64,000 nt of DNA, from the NCBI GenBank assembly GCA_048772705.1, contig JBLWGC010000160.1, forward strand, positions 1 to 64,000. Direction: 5' to 3'. How positions within the stretch are numbered: position 1 is the first letter of the stretch; every line of letters begins with the position of its first letter. The position numbers and the translations under genes are program-made. The notes beneath the pieces were generated by a model. That model was given only the letters and a program-made list of their open reading frames with translations, was not told the DNA's origin and did not search any database. The DNA comes from Leidyana gryllorum EB-2025a (lineage: Eukaryota > Protista > Apicomplexa). Below, one piece after another: positions 11,308-24,808 of the stretch.

Positions 11308-14300
11308 TTAGAAAGCCAAACGTCCCGCTAAACTCTCTCCGGTAACACGTTCAATTGTGAGTATCCAACTCTTGGCCAGGTTGTTCAATTCTGCGTCAGG
11401 GTCTTCTAGCAATTCGACAAATATCTGCGATAATATGAATTATTAAAGTACTGAGAAAGCCAGACGCTCAGCTCTGGCTGACAAGGTTTGGGAAAACCCC
11501 GCCATGCAGACGCGAGTGGCATTGTGGCTCACCTTCAAGGTTTCAGATATCATAGGCTGTAAAGCGCGTCCGTGCTCCAACCAGGCCTGGTGCAAAGCCC
11601 GCGCCAAACAAGCCTTGACCGTCTTGTTGGCAGTCAAACTGATCTTCTCCAGAACTTTCGAGTACGCGAAGGATAGCTGTAGACACGTATATTTAAGCGC
11701 ACACGTGTGTCATGTTGCTTACCACTGTATCCTCTTGCAATGCCAGTCCGAGAATCTGGATGAGCGCTTTACGCGCAACAATGAACCAAAGCTTCGCCAG
11801 TTCGATACTTTCGTGCGCCTCATCCTCTTTATAGACCCCCACAAATTGCCCGGATGAAGGAATTCGCGGTAAAAGAGCGCAGACATCGAAGACCTCTAGT
11901 ACCGCGGTGATCAATTCATCGTTGACTGTGACTCCATCAGTATCTTCCCCGGCAATCAGCAGCTCCTTGCCCCCCTCTACCAGAGCTTGTGCACAAGTGC
12001 CCAGGCAGTCCAAAACGGGAACTCCGACTTCAAACCACGGCCACATGGTGCTATCAGCAGCAAGATAAGTAGTTTTGACGCTTGAGAGCTTCAAAGTCTT
12101 GCGTTTCTTGCCAGAAGAGGGTGTTGTGGCAGCAGAGTGAGACCCCGTTGCAGCACTAGCCGTCCGACTTTGTTCAAAAGCCGATTTGACAGCGTATCGC
12201 AGAACACTGATCATATCGTCCTCAACAGATGGGAAAGTACTGAGTATACTTCTTGCACCCCATTTCTTCGCCACCATGGAGTATCCAATCATGAACATCC
12301 TTGCGGCAACCAGAGCTTTGGTGTTGTTGACCTCGCCAGCCTCTGCAGTGCTCCAGTCGCGGAGCATGTTGGTGTTTCCAACTCGCGCGCTCTGAGTAAT
12401 CATGTTCAAAACGCTGGTTCCGAGACTCAGGGGACATTTTTGAACCACAGACTGCAACAGGTGACCGGTAGCTCTCTCCAAGACTCCCAAGCCAGATGTA
12501 TGCTCGAACTTGAAAGCGTTTGATCTGGTACTTGGCAGATCGAACAGAAGATTGAGTTCGGATTCACGAGATGAGATGGTCAGCGCTTCTTTGGAGAGAT
12601 TGAATGCATTGGACTCAAGCCAATTGCCGCTATAAAGACAATCCCATTGCTGTCCATGTGTTAGACGGTCGGCGGCAACTTCTGACAAGAGTGCCAACAG
12701 CATGGATATGATTCGAGCCAGAGAGTCAATATATGGGCCCAAATGATCGCTATCCAATACGGAAATGCAGAATGCGAGAGAGTGTAACATGTGTGTCAAC
12801 TTTTCGCTGCCAAAGGTAGTCGCTGTCGCTTGTGATTTGAGGGTGTGAAGCTCCTCTTTGAGAGACGCAGCGAAAGCCTTGATGATCGAGAGTATGGGAC
12901 TGGATTGACAGATACTCTTGAAAGTGACGGCAAATGCCTCAAGGTGTGATATTTTGACTTCTGATGCGTCGGGGGCTTCAGAACCTTCGCAGTCACTCAA
13001 CTGATCCTTCAGACTCTTCATTAGACGCCGAGCGAACTGTCGACGTATACGAGTTTGCTGTTTCTGACTGGCACCGACATCATCGGTGATACTGTTGACA
13101 CGCGCCCAAAAGTTGGCGGCCGTGAAGAGCTCATCTTTCGAATCCTCCTTCTCAATGATACTCTTGGTTGCAGGGTGGGCCGCAGACCACAATGTCCGGG
13201 ACATCTCGGTGTTCCAGCCCAACATGCCTAAAATGGACGAGTCCGACTCAATGAGCACTCCACCGACACTCAACAATGACGACAGCAAAGTTTCGTACTT
13301 ATCCAATCCCTTTGCTGTCAGAGTGAAGACGCCTTCAGAGTGCTCCTTCACCACCTTCGCCATACAGTCGTTCGCGAAAGGCAACAAGACATCGCGACTG
13401 TGACCGAGCAACCCCAGACTGCGAATTGTAATCAACAGCTGAACGCTGTCGTTCACAGCACAATTGGTGTACAGATACGGTAGCCACAACTCAATGACAG
13501 GAAGAGGATTGTCGATGCTATGCATCGCGATCAACGTGCCCCAAGTCAACAGTTTGGATCTCACTTCCGATACCACCTGCTCCTCATCACCTTCAACTTC
13601 CTCAACCTCCATCACCACAGCTTCCAGCCATTCCTGTAGTCTCGCGGTTCCCATATCAGTGAGTCGTTTGCGATAAACGGATACTTTCGGGTGCTCGACG
13701 CCCTGCGTCCACACAAAGTCCACCGGGTTCTCGAACATCACCTCCAACACTCTGACAATCAGCGCACTCAACAGGCGGCCACGGAGACGTAAAGCATCTC
13801 TGCGAGTGGTTTGCAGGAGCAACAAGGCACCCTCAATCACATTCAGATTCTCAAGGGACGATACCATCATGGCTTGGATAAGTCCTCTCAGAGTGCTTTC
13901 TACACCGGACGCCACTTTGCTGGATCGCCCAGCCTTCTTGTTTGCTGACGCATGTGGGTTTCGCTTTTCGGAAGTCAATTGCTCAGCCGATCGAACACAA
14001 CAAGTCAACAGCCGCCCGAACGCAGCCAACCGAATTTTGTCCTCGGCTTCGAGAGAGTCGGACTTGATATCCTCAACCACCAGGCATTCCGGAATGCCGG
14101 TGAGTTGCAGAGCATCTCGCAGCAGTACAACGCCCAGTGCCGTTATACTCTTGGAGCAATCACCAACCACATCACGCACCAACTCTTCCAATACTTGACT
14201 GACCAAATAGATACCTTCAGCTTCCGACATTGAATCTCCCACAGAGACTTGGCACAGGGCTATGACTGCCTCAATCAAAGCCTTCAACAGTCGGCGTTGA

Positions 14301-17300
14301 TCAATCAATAACAACAAAGCTTGAGGATCGTGGCTGAGTTCACCACGCTTCGCAAGCCATCGCTTCATGATACAAAGAACGAGCTCCTTGATGCCTTGGA
14401 CGAAAAAGTGAGCAGACCCTGTATCCCCCTCCTCGTCGGCGAGCAACTGCCCTGCCGGAGGACGACTGAGAGTTGAGCCCAAACCCGTAATGTATAGTCG
14501 GATTTGCGATATCACTGGAAGCCACTCAGGCTCGAGGGCTCGCTCTTCTTCACTGGCCTGCAGGCCGGTCTGGTCGACGGGCGTCATGTCCACGAGTGTT
14601 CTTTGACTATTCGTTTCCGCCTGCAATTGGCTCAAATACTTCATTGAAGAGTTCGTCAGTGCGTGTGATGTCAGATTCAATCCATTTTGAACCAAGATAT
14701 CAACCAAAGCCCTCCATCGCGGGATGCTGTCCGCAAAAAGCCCCTTGGAATGAACCAGGAGTGCCGAAAGGGAGGCCCGTGAAAGGATAGTGGAATCAAC
14801 ACCTCCTTCAATTGCAACAAGTTTCTCCACCATGTGTTGCACGCGAGGTATAATCACAGTTGAGAACAAGTCGTCCGTCGATGGAGTGGCAATCTTCGTC
14901 TTACTCTTCTTGTTCTTCTTTGGTTGTCTGTCACCAATCTCTTTCTTGGGCAACAAGGCCGTCAATGAGCCCAGGAAAGCCCAGAAACCGCCCACATCCT
15001 CGTGAAGATCTTCGTCGGCCACCATGTGCTGTATGGCTTGGTCAAGGGCTGGATGAAGTACTCCTGTGTTGCTATCGTCGAATATCAATTCTTCCATTCC
15101 ACCCATTATGCGCATCGCACTCAGCATTGCAGCAGTCAAAGAGATGTAAGAACGTCCTACTCGCTCGGACCCGCCGGACAACCATTTGGGATGAGCGTTG
15201 AGAATAAGTTGGAATAAGTTCTTGACCTTGTCAGCGCCAGTATCGACGCAACAGTCAACAGAGACCACCCAACTTTTCAACAACAAAGAGACCATCATCT
15301 GGCGGGCGGGATTGGTCGCTTGCTTCCACAGTGCATCAGCACCATAGTGTGTCGTCAATCGTGTGGCGGCGTCTCCGGCACACCACACGTTTAGTACTCC
15401 GATGATGCCGGTGGCCGCCGCATGGTCACTATACATCTCGTAAACTTTGAGAAGTTCATGCAATATGGACTGGGCCATACTTTTGTCGAAGTCAGCTCCA
15501 TAGTGATATGACTCGTTGATGGAGTCGCACAGGTGAGATACCAGCGTCTTCAACATCCTGATACCACCCTCATTCGCTTTCTGAGCCCATTTGTTCAAAG
15601 GTTTCAGTAGAATAGTAATCAGACCGGTTAGAGTAGCGTGATCGTCTTCTTTACTTCTCCATTTGGCGATAACCAAGTCCAGAGTATCATCGACCTCTTT
15701 TTGGCCAATACTGTGATCCCACTTCTCGGATGAAACCAGTGTCACCAAGTCCTCCAATAATCGCAAGGAGCCATCAATGACCTTAGCGAAGGACTTGTGC
15801 ATACTAGACTTCAGCTGGGGGTTCCCACACAGGAGGTATGGGACCACACGATTGAGGCTGCCTCTCCACGACTCGATGAGTGACGCCAGACTGTTGATCG
15901 GAGACTTGGCACGGCTCTTGTCACTCTTGACTGAAGGAAGAGACTGGTGGACGCTGGCAAAGAATGTCTTGTCAGTCAGCAGAGCGTAGTCTTCTGATAC
16001 ATTTTGAGATTGATGAGTGGTAGATTGGCTGCCGATGGTGGCTAGCAGGCGGTGTAGGGCGGCGATGGTGTCATCACTGCACTGTAGACTGAGAAAATCT
16101 ACCACATGAGGAAGTCCCCAAACATTTTCTGCATTCCATGTCTTCGTGAAGGTGAGCTTCGAATTGACATCTTCGGCGAAACGGCGAATCACCAGATCGG
16201 TATCCGTATCCATTTCACCTTGGAAGAAGGTCGCAATGGCAGCAAGATTCAATGCAATGTCATTGGACACCATACTCGGTGCGTTGCCGGAAACAATCCT
16301 TCTGACCAAGACTAATTGGTGAGGGTCTTTCGTGACTTTCTCGGCACCTTGAATGAGAGCGGAGCATATTTGTTCAATGACCTGTGAAGTCCAGGGCCGT
16401 AGCTGGACCAAATTGTCGCCCGCGGCAGGGCGGAGGCAAGTTATTAATTGCTGATGATCAAACTTGTGAACTCCCGCCCATGATCGAGTTTCGGCGATAG
16501 CCAGGAGACAAATCAATGCTCTGGCATCAGTACTCCAGACAGCTTCGGTGGCGTTGATGAAGTCGGGGAGGGGCTGTTCCAACCCCTCTGGCTTCACCAC
16601 AGCACGAATAATGTCTTCAATGCCATTAGTTCCCGACTCCGAGACTGACAAGATGCGGCTCAACAGGCGAGCCCGCTTGGAAGAGCGATTGAGCTGCCGC
16701 AGCAATGCGGCGTGGAGCGATTCCTGAGGAGTTTTGAGTCCCTCAGCCAGATTTTGGAGAACAGCGATGCCCTGGATAGTCTCAACTCCCAAGGTATCCT
16801 CGAGTATTGTCTTGAGGACTACGGGTGCGGTTTTTCGCAACACATCGTCCGAGTACTCCTCGTCTTCCCGCAGGAGAATGGTTGCGATGTCTTCGTTCAG
16901 CAAGATGGAGGGCACATCAACAGATGTCTGTTCCATCAACCACAAGCGGGTCTTACTGGTGTCATCGAGTCTCTTGAGCTCGGTGACGAAGGGTTCCAAT
17001 GAAATTTCAGCGAGAATCTCAAGGAGTTCACCCAGGGGCTTGAGAATGTGCGCGACGAGCATCGGACGGATACGGTAGTGGACAATCTCGGCGAGCAATA
17101 TGACTTGTCTGGTTAGGACTGCGACGGCGAGTTTTTGCGCAGTGCGAGTTGTGGCAAGTTGGTTGGATGTGGAAGTCTCGCCGGTGGAGGTTGAGAGATT
17201 CTGCAAACCCGACAGGAAAGCGCGAGTGCTTTCGGAGACTTTCTCTTTCACCAAACAGTCATTGGCTAACGAGAGACAGATCATATCCCGACAGCACTGC

Positions 17301-18488
17301 GATGCCTTGGAGAAGACGGAGGAGGGCAACAGGTGTGAGAGTACAGGGTGTAAGGCCTCAACAGCTTTATGGCTGAGCACATCTATTCCCTCTGTGTCTC
17401 CCTGAACGGAAATAGGCTCCATGAGTACCTCCCAACTGGTCCATTCAGATAACTTGGGCAGCTGGCATTGTTTGGCCCGACCGAGGAGACGATCTTGACG
17501 TCGTGCCTGGCCGCGAATAGTCATATCCAGATAGGGGAAGGCAGTACTGAGTTCCACTTGTTCAGTCAGAGTCACCGCTCGACACAGATGGACAAAGAAG
17601 GAGTCCAAGACGCCTTGGCGGAGATACTGCTCGCGGGCAGACAGGCGGGCTGCCATTTTGAGGCCCAACAAGACTCTGTTGTGGCGTGGTTGGAGCAGTG
17701 CGATGCAGCGGACAAAGAGATCTTTGACCATTGCATTGTCTTGGAATGCTTCATGACTCAGGCGTACGAGTAGGTCGAGAACGAGGTGCTCTTGGAAGAC
17801 GCGGTAGGCTCTGCAGTATTGGGCAGGAGCTGATTGGATGACCTTAGCAACTCCCTCGAGGAGTATTCTAAGGATTTGGGGCCTTTTCGAAACGCGCTGA
17901 GCCAAAATGGGTTTGGTCAGAGGCTGGCCTGAACTCTGAATCCTCTCTAGAAAAACGAGTGGATCTGTGGGGGGTACTTGGAGCGTCAATACAAGGCGAA
18001 CAAAGAGCGGTGACTCGTGAAAAGGGATGGCCAGGGCGACCAGTGTATGGAAGTGGACTGAAGTGGCCTGATACGCTCTGGTGAAGAGCTCTATCAGTAT
18101 CAGTCCCTGCCTGGTGAGCCACCTCTCTCCCAACTTGAGCAAGGTACTGGAGACGAATCGATCAATCTCTACCAGCTCAGCCGGCAATAGGAACTGGCGG
18201 GTTTTCAGCGTCCCCCCCGGATGCCTGGGCAGCTCGACGAGTTTGCCCAAGATTATTTGAAACTCGTCATCAATGGCTGCGAGATATGTGGCTGACTCTA
18301 TAGCTAGTCCATATACGTTTTCTCTGCGAGATTTCTATTCAACAGGAGAGTCGAGGCGACTAAATCACTCACATCGATAAGGAATGAGCCTGCGTGGAGT
18401 GCCAAAGCAACGACCCTAACTTGGAAGTGGCCTTGGCTTGTCCATGGATCTGACGATGAACCTCAAGTTGGTCTGACAACCTCCCCAT
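11308..18488 (-). CDS. UTP10: HEAT-repeat U3 snoRNP protein UTP10/HEATR1
   Basis: N-term MGRLSDQL..SLLW..A..ENVYGLA..L.AID.EF..IPFHESPLFVRLV; ~2300 aa, helical; C-term FVELLEDPDAELNNLAKSWILTIERVTGESL. Both ends match UTP10/HEATR1. Confidence 0.85.
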
Positions 18489-18574
18489 CACTCCAGCCGA
18501 AAAAAACGGCACTCTGTCCCACTGCCAAGCTAGAAACTTTTTTAGGACTTGTCCGAGCGGTTTCAGGAGGCAAC

Positions 18575-18900
18575 ATGGCTAAGTCGAAGAACCACACCAA
18601 CCACAACCAAGTGAGTCCACCTACACCCAACGCCGGACACTAGTCCGCCAATTCCCCTCCCTACACTGCCCGTTATCACTACTTCTCTCCTTCAGAACCG
18701 CAAGGCCCACCGCAATGGTATCAAGCGCGCTTCCAGACCTCTGAAGCCCACCGGCTCCAAGGGCGTAAGTTACAACCCTTCTGAATAGACTGTTTACACT
18801 CTATGCCTTTTGCCTTGTACAGATGTGCCCCAAGTTCGTCCGGAACCAGCGTTACTCCCGGATCGGCATGCAGGCGTCCCAGTCTTCTTCCCAACAGTGA
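18575..18900 (+). CDS. RPL29: 60S ribosomal protein L29 (eL29), 2 introns
   Basis: MAKSKNHTNHNQ / NRKAHRNGIKR..SKG / MCPKFVRNQRY; absent from the ORF track because the exons are short. Confidence 0.95.
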
Positions 18901-19012
18901 TGTTGCTTTTTGAGCCGAGTGTCTGTTCTTCGCACCCCACTAACTGAGATATCTCGTCAAAATCGTGTGTTGAGTAGCTGATTCATCCATAAAAAAAGTG
19001 CCGCTGACGCAC

Positions 19013-21415
19013 ATGTGTCCGTCAGAGGAATGTGGCCCAACTGGCGCTGTGGCTGAGGTATACCTCAATCATAATCAGCATCTCGAGCTGCTGCAAGCCT
19101 ATGACCAGTTGGAGAAGATACCCTACACTATTATCAGTCGCTTGAACTTCCAGTCCATCGCCCAGCAACCCCAAGGACAGAGCAAGTTGCATCGACTGGG
19201 ACTACTGTATCCGGAGTACCAAACAATCATTATAGAGGCTTACATCAGACTGGGCTTCCTGAACGAGGCTAAAGCAGCCATCAAAGCCTTCAAACATGAA
19301 ATCGAGCAGTACCCCGACGTCCTGTACGATGCCTACTGCTCCGCCTTTACCTATTGGAGCCACGTCATGAAGATGGACATAAAAGAGTTGATCAAACTGG
19401 TCGCTACCGATCAGCAGGCGGCTCTGAATCTGCTCCTCTGGTATCAGCAGTGGGAGACCCCCGAGGTCGCGGCGGTATTCCATGTTATTCTGGACGACGA
19501 AGGTAGGAAAGAGCTCACGCGACGCATTGGGTCAACCTGCGTTGACCGCATCGCAAGCTTCGCCGTTGGTTACGCATATTGGAAGGCTGATTATGTTTCT
19601 TGGGAAGACGTGCCGTGTGATTTAGCGTAAGCACTAAGAGTACCCACCGTGATAGAAAAGCCGCCTTGCAATGCAGCTTGAATGGACAATCCGGACCCAA
19701 CGGCCTACCCGGAAGAATGATGACTTTGGCGAAAGCCAATATTGACTTCAGAAATATTATCATTGTCAATGACATGAAAGGGTTCCGACAGTGCTTCAAG
19801 ATCATCTCCTCAGCCGTAAGTTCGGATCGCCACATCTGTCCTTCCAATCTCTCTCGTAGACATTAGCCGGTCTGGATGCAGAGTGGCGCACGGGTCTTAT
19901 CGCATCACGAACCCCTCCTGCATCCCTCCTGCAAGTGGCTGTCCGCCCACCAAACGATCCGGATCACATCAAAGTCTACGTGATCGACCTGTATCTTCTC
20001 ACCGCTCCCCACCAGTGTAAGGAAATACACATAAAGTCTCCCTTGCGACTTTCCCGTTCCCCTTTTCAGCTTGCGAGGATTCAGCAGAAGTTATTGACTG
20101 CCTATCAAACTTCCTAAGCTCGGAGGAGTGCCTCAAGATTGGAATAAGTTTTGATGGCGATATGCATCAACTTCGAGCTCGGGCTCAACGTCACTCTTTG
20201 CTGTGCGGGAGTCCACCTCCAGCGGAATCCACCCACTGGTTCCAGACTGCGAAGGTCATCGAATTCAAATACGTCGTCAATGGGAAATTGCTGTTCGAAG
20301 CCGATAACAGTCTTTCCGAGTGCTCTGCTCGTGCTCAGGCATGGGCCACTGCCCATAAGAGGCCCTTTAAGAAACCATCAGAATGGGCGGGAGGACTCGC
20401 AGAGGCTGTATACATCCTCTCTGGAATGCACCTCAGTAAAGATATCCAATGTTCCAACTGGGAGCTGCGACCGTTGGGAAATCAACAAGTCGCATATGCC
20501 GCCCTTGATGCGGGAGTGCTATTCTTCCTAGCTGAGAAGGTCATCCAGGAAACAAATTGTGATCTGAAGGCTCTCGTTGAACAATGCAAAGCTGCTGCCG
20601 CTGCTAACCAAACCGCCAAGGCGCCTAAAGCTCCCAAGATGACGCTGAAAGAATACGCAGCGAAATTCCGAGCCGACACCGAGAACTTGAAGGCCGCTTG
20701 GAAGGACACAAAAGCAATAGGTGAGTGCGAACACGGGTGTGCGTGCCTTTAATGGTATCTCTGCGCAGTAGGGATCCAGGAGTGGCGTTTCCTCGTGCCC
20801 ACGGACGAAGTGAGGTTGTCACAGGTACTACGGGGGCTTGGCTATGATACTCAGCGCTCACGAATGGTACGTCTCAAACCATTGTGTTTCCGATTTCGAC
20901 AAATTCACTGATAGAGTGTCAAGAGTCTGGGACGGCTGATGAGCGAAGCCGATCACACAGGTCGGGTTTTACTGTTGAACATCAGCAGGAAGTCGGGTGC
21001 GCCAGGCTCAAACAATAATAGCGAGAAGGCTCGCCTACAATATATTTTCCGGGCGAACGACTTGACGGATCGTGTCAAGGAAGTCATCGCGGTTTTCGAT
21101 CTACCATTCGATAAATCCCGCTTGTGTGAGCGGTGCCCAAACTGCAACTCCGCCGATTGGATACCAGGGGAGGCGGCGGACCGTAAATTGCCGGAATCTG
21201 TAGCGGAAGTCTATACGGAGTTCCGGCAGTGCAAAGGGTGCGAGAAGCTCTATTGGGAAGGTGTAATGTGGCGCAATGCGCTGCAAAGATTTGAGAACTA
21301 CTTTGATAACCAGTTTAGCTTTGAGTTAAAGGCTGCAGAGGCTGATAGTCAAGTCGTGGAACCGGTGAAAGCGAAGCCTGACAAGGAAGGAAAGCCACAA
21401 CCGACAGAGACGTGA
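19013..21415 (+). CDS. MUT-7/EXD3-like 3'-5' exoribonuclease (DEDDy + Mut7-C), spliced
   Basis: ExoI GLDAEW, ExoII LKIGISFDGD, ExoIII SNWELRPL..QVAYAALDA. C-terminal RFLV..LSQVLRGLGYDT and zinc ribbon RCPNCN..CKGCEKLYWEG. Confidence 0.85.
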
Positions 21416-21431
21416 CAAGTTTATCTATTTT

Positions 21432-22373
21432 TCAATGCCGTCCAGCACCACGACTGCCACTCGATGTGTTGTCATCAGCAGGATTCTCGTATATGATTCT
21501 CCGAAGTTGAGGAAGACACTCAGCAACCACAAGATTCAGTCGGGCATCGAGCGTGTTATCACATAACAATTTGCCGTTGGTGGAAGTCACCACCACTCCA
21601 CCAGAGCTGAAATTAGATCACCATTGATATCTCATCCGACGACAGATGTAGTCCAACCCCCATTGCGCAAATTGACCCCAACACCCCAAACCAAAGAATA
21701 TGAACACTTACCATCCCGGGGGTGCTCCCTCAGGTACATTCCCACTTGCCAAATAATTACGAGTGTCGATGGACGCTTTGACGGTGCCATTCACTCCAGC
21801 ATCCCTCAAAATCTCGAGGTATTTATCCTCAGCCTGACGTAGGACATCCGATATCATCTTCTCGTCTTCTGGTCGGACTCGCACCAGAACTTCCTCCTCC
21901 AACAACCTCAGCATGGCCTACAAACAAGCAGACATTACGCCACAAGAAGACCTCAACCGCTCGGTACCTGCACGATGAGGTCACGACATAGCTGGGGGTA
22001 CTTGTATGAATCTTTCGAGAGATCACTGAGCGCTTTGGCAGCGGCTTTCACGGCTTCGTTGATCTTCAACTGACGAGCCGTGATTTTCTTGAGACGAGCT
22101 TTATTTATGGCGGTGGACCGCGCACTGTCATCGAACACGTGTGCGTGTTTGACCGGCTCGGTTTACTTACATAGCCTTTTCCGTCTCCAGCTGCTTGGCT
22201 TTCTTTCTGTAGTCCTGGCGCACCTTGTCCTTCATCTGTTGGACGATCTTCAACTTTTCGATGTTGAAATCCTCCAAAGACTTGGCCTCGATTTCCTCAG
22301 CCTTATCTTTGGCCTCATTCAGGATAAACTTGACCATCTGGTCAATCTGTCGTTGAGCATCGGCGTCTTCCAT
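21432..22373 (-). CDS. VMA4: V-type H+-ATPase subunit E, 3 introns
   Basis: QIDQMVKFILNEAKDKAEEI..FNIEKLKIV; SGGVVVTSTNGKLLCDNTLDARL. Confidence 0.95.
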
Positions 22374-22593
22374 GGCAACACGAAAGAATGGAGCTTTTTT
22401 CTACAGGTACTTTTCTTCATGTGGATTGTGATTCCGATCGAACAGGTGTGTGCTTAGAAGCATGACAGCCGTACGAAACCTCAACAAAGTGAAGAGACCT
22501 TTTAGTTTGTATGCCAGCAGGAAGAGGGGAAAAAGAAGCTTAGTTGACAGGTTACCGCACCTTCCGCACCCCAAAATACGCCGACAACACACC

Positions 22594-23828
22594 ATGAACA
22601 GCGAGGAAGCCAAACAACCCCTCCTTCACAACGGCGGCTCGAACGACGTGAACATCCATGTTGTTGCTGACAGAGGCACGCTGCTACGCCAGCGAGAACC
22701 CGGGAACATTGTCTTGAGACTACTAGCAAGCCTGTATCTTTACACTGCGCTCCCTCTGGCTATGATTGGCTCACTTATAGTGCAGGTACGTCTCGTGCAC
22801 GAGAGAACGGTCCTACTAATGTGCAGACGTTGGCTTGGATACTGCTCTTCCCCCTTTTCCTGGCAAAGCCCCGCTCGCGTCTCATATGTCAAGGGTTGAT
22901 ATTTCGATTCTTCCAAGCCCTAGGTGAGCACGTGGGGATGCATTAAGACCAGTGCAGCAGCGGCCTTCTATCTGAACCCATTCTGGCGGATGAAGATTGT
23001 GAAGCCACCGCCGGAAGACTTCAATCCAAACGGGAAGGTCTTGATAATGTGCAATCATTTGACGGGAGCGGATCCCTACATTGCTAATCGGGCCTTCTTC
23101 CCTTGGGAGTTGAAGTATGTCTACAAGGCAGAAATTCACAAGATACCCGTGGCTGGACAAGTGGTTCAGCTCGCTGGAGACCTTCCTGTCTACTTTACTA
23201 AAGAGCGCGGTACGTTCTATGGATGGGTGGGTTCGAAAGTGCCTTCCAGGAGGATGGGGCACCAAGCCGGGTGCGGTAAAAGGCCTGATGGAACGGGTAC
23301 AAGCCATGGCCGAGAAACATCGCATTGGAACAGTGGTATTCCCCGAGGGCACTCGCAGTCGGACTGGACGGTTACAGCTGTTCAAGATGGGCTTCTTCCG
23401 ACTGGCTGTCGAACACCAGTTCGAGATAATGCCATGTGGTACGTCCAAGCCCTCCGAAAGGTCTCCTTTGAGCTCTGTCGCTTATTTGCAGTCGGTCACA
23501 ATAACACAGCCCTATGGCCGTTGGGATCATCCATCTTTGGGTGTGGAACTGTGTTCTGGATGTTCGGAGAGGTTATCAAACCACAGGTAATGGGGGTTGC
23601 TGTCGATGTTGGAAAGACGAGTTGCCGACAGACTGGCGAAACTCCCGAGGAGCTTTGTGACCGCGTACGTAACGCTATGATAGAATTGATGAAACTCTCC
23701 CCTGTGTATGACGAAGAGGTGAGGGACGAATGCAAGCTGTTGATGTGAGTACTTTGTAGCTGGATGCACCAATGACCGAAATGGCACAGCGACGAGGGCT
23801 AGGTGTGCGCGGTAGAGGGGAACCTTGA
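22594..23828 (+). CDS. 1-acyl-sn-glycerol-3-phosphate acyltransferase (LPAAT/PlsC family), spliced
   Basis: NHLTGAD (NHx4D), VYKAEI..IPVAG and VFPEGTRS motifs; N-terminal hydrophobic segment. The 3' end is approximate. Confidence 0.9.
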
Positions 23829-23850
23829 TGTGTTTTTTGTGTTGAGTGGA

Positions 23851-24651
23851 ATGGCTGTTAGTTGTGTAGGGAGCAAGGCGAGCGTGTGGGTACCAATCCA
23901 AACTTTCCCCGCTGCTGATGGGAGTCGAACACTGAGAGCCTCAATTCCAAGTGATTTGGTTGAGGCTCTGCATTCATTGGAGGCATCTGGCGTGCGGCAT
24001 ACAATATACCGAAGTCGGTCGAGGAAGTTTCTTTCGAAAGTTGAAGTTCGTGACGCCATTACGGCGACATGGATTGAGTTGCCGAAGTGGCTGTTGGGGC
24101 GCGAGCGACGACGGGCTTTACTGGCCCGCCGAGTCCCCACTCGGATTCCTGCTGTGGTTTATCAAGAGTTACGAAAAGGCACATTGGTTAGTGTGACTCA
24201 GCGGACGATGGCGGACCCGGAGTCGCCGATAAACAGCGGTACAATGCATACGGTGGTTGAATTAGAGTTGAGCAATGGTTCTTCGCTCCCTCTCCAAGAC
24301 TTTCTGCGTCGGGAGAAGATTGACACGGAGATGTGTCTTCCCCTTTCTCGTGAAGAAGCCGCAGCGTTCTTTGAGTCGGACGATATTATGGGGGTGCGAC
24401 ATTCTTACGTCATTGACTTCGAGGCCCCGACTGAACACATGCACATAGTTGAAGTTACCTCAGTGGGTGAAGTGTGGAATGTGCTCCCCCCTAATGCAGT
24501 CGTTGCTTGGGATTCTGTGGTGGAGCCTCACTTCCGCCTCACATATAGCAACAAACTAAACTACAATCACTCTCGGCAAGTGGTTCATTCAAGCACTCCC
24601 TGGCCACCTGAACCTCAACTAAATGCCCCCACTCCTTCTGTCGACTCATAG
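23851..24651 (+). CDS. Hypothetical protein (~266 aa)
   Basis: Uninterrupted ORF with globular composition filling the gap between recognised genes; no motif recognised. Confidence 0.5.
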   Translation: MAVSCVGSKASVWVPIQTFPAADGSRTLRASIPSDLVEALHSLEASGVRHTIYRSRSRKFLSKVEVRDAITATWIELPKWLLGRERRRALLARRVPTRIPAVVYQELRKGTLVSVTQRTMADPESPINSGTMHTVVELELSNGSSLPLQDFLRREKIDTEMCLPLSREEAAAFFESDDIMGVRHSYVIDFEAPTEHMHIVEVTSVGEVWNVLPPNAVVAWDSVVEPHFRLTYSNKLNYNHSRQVVHSSTPWPPEPQLNAPTPSVDS

Positions 24652-24808
24652 GCTTCTCTGCTGACTTCATCACCCCTTCTTTATGTCTGTTGTCTCACCC
24701 ATTGAGAGAGTCCCGCTAGCAACAAACTCGCACACATTTGCAAATATGATATGTATCGTGTGTGCATATTTATGTGGCACACCACAGGAACAAAGGTTGA
24801 ATCATAAC

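Noticed and set aside
23117-23590. Apparent frameshifts or pseudogenes where genes split across ORFs (LPAAT, kinases, cullin, UGDH)
   Set aside because: The breaks examined coincide with short GT-AG introns that restore the frame.
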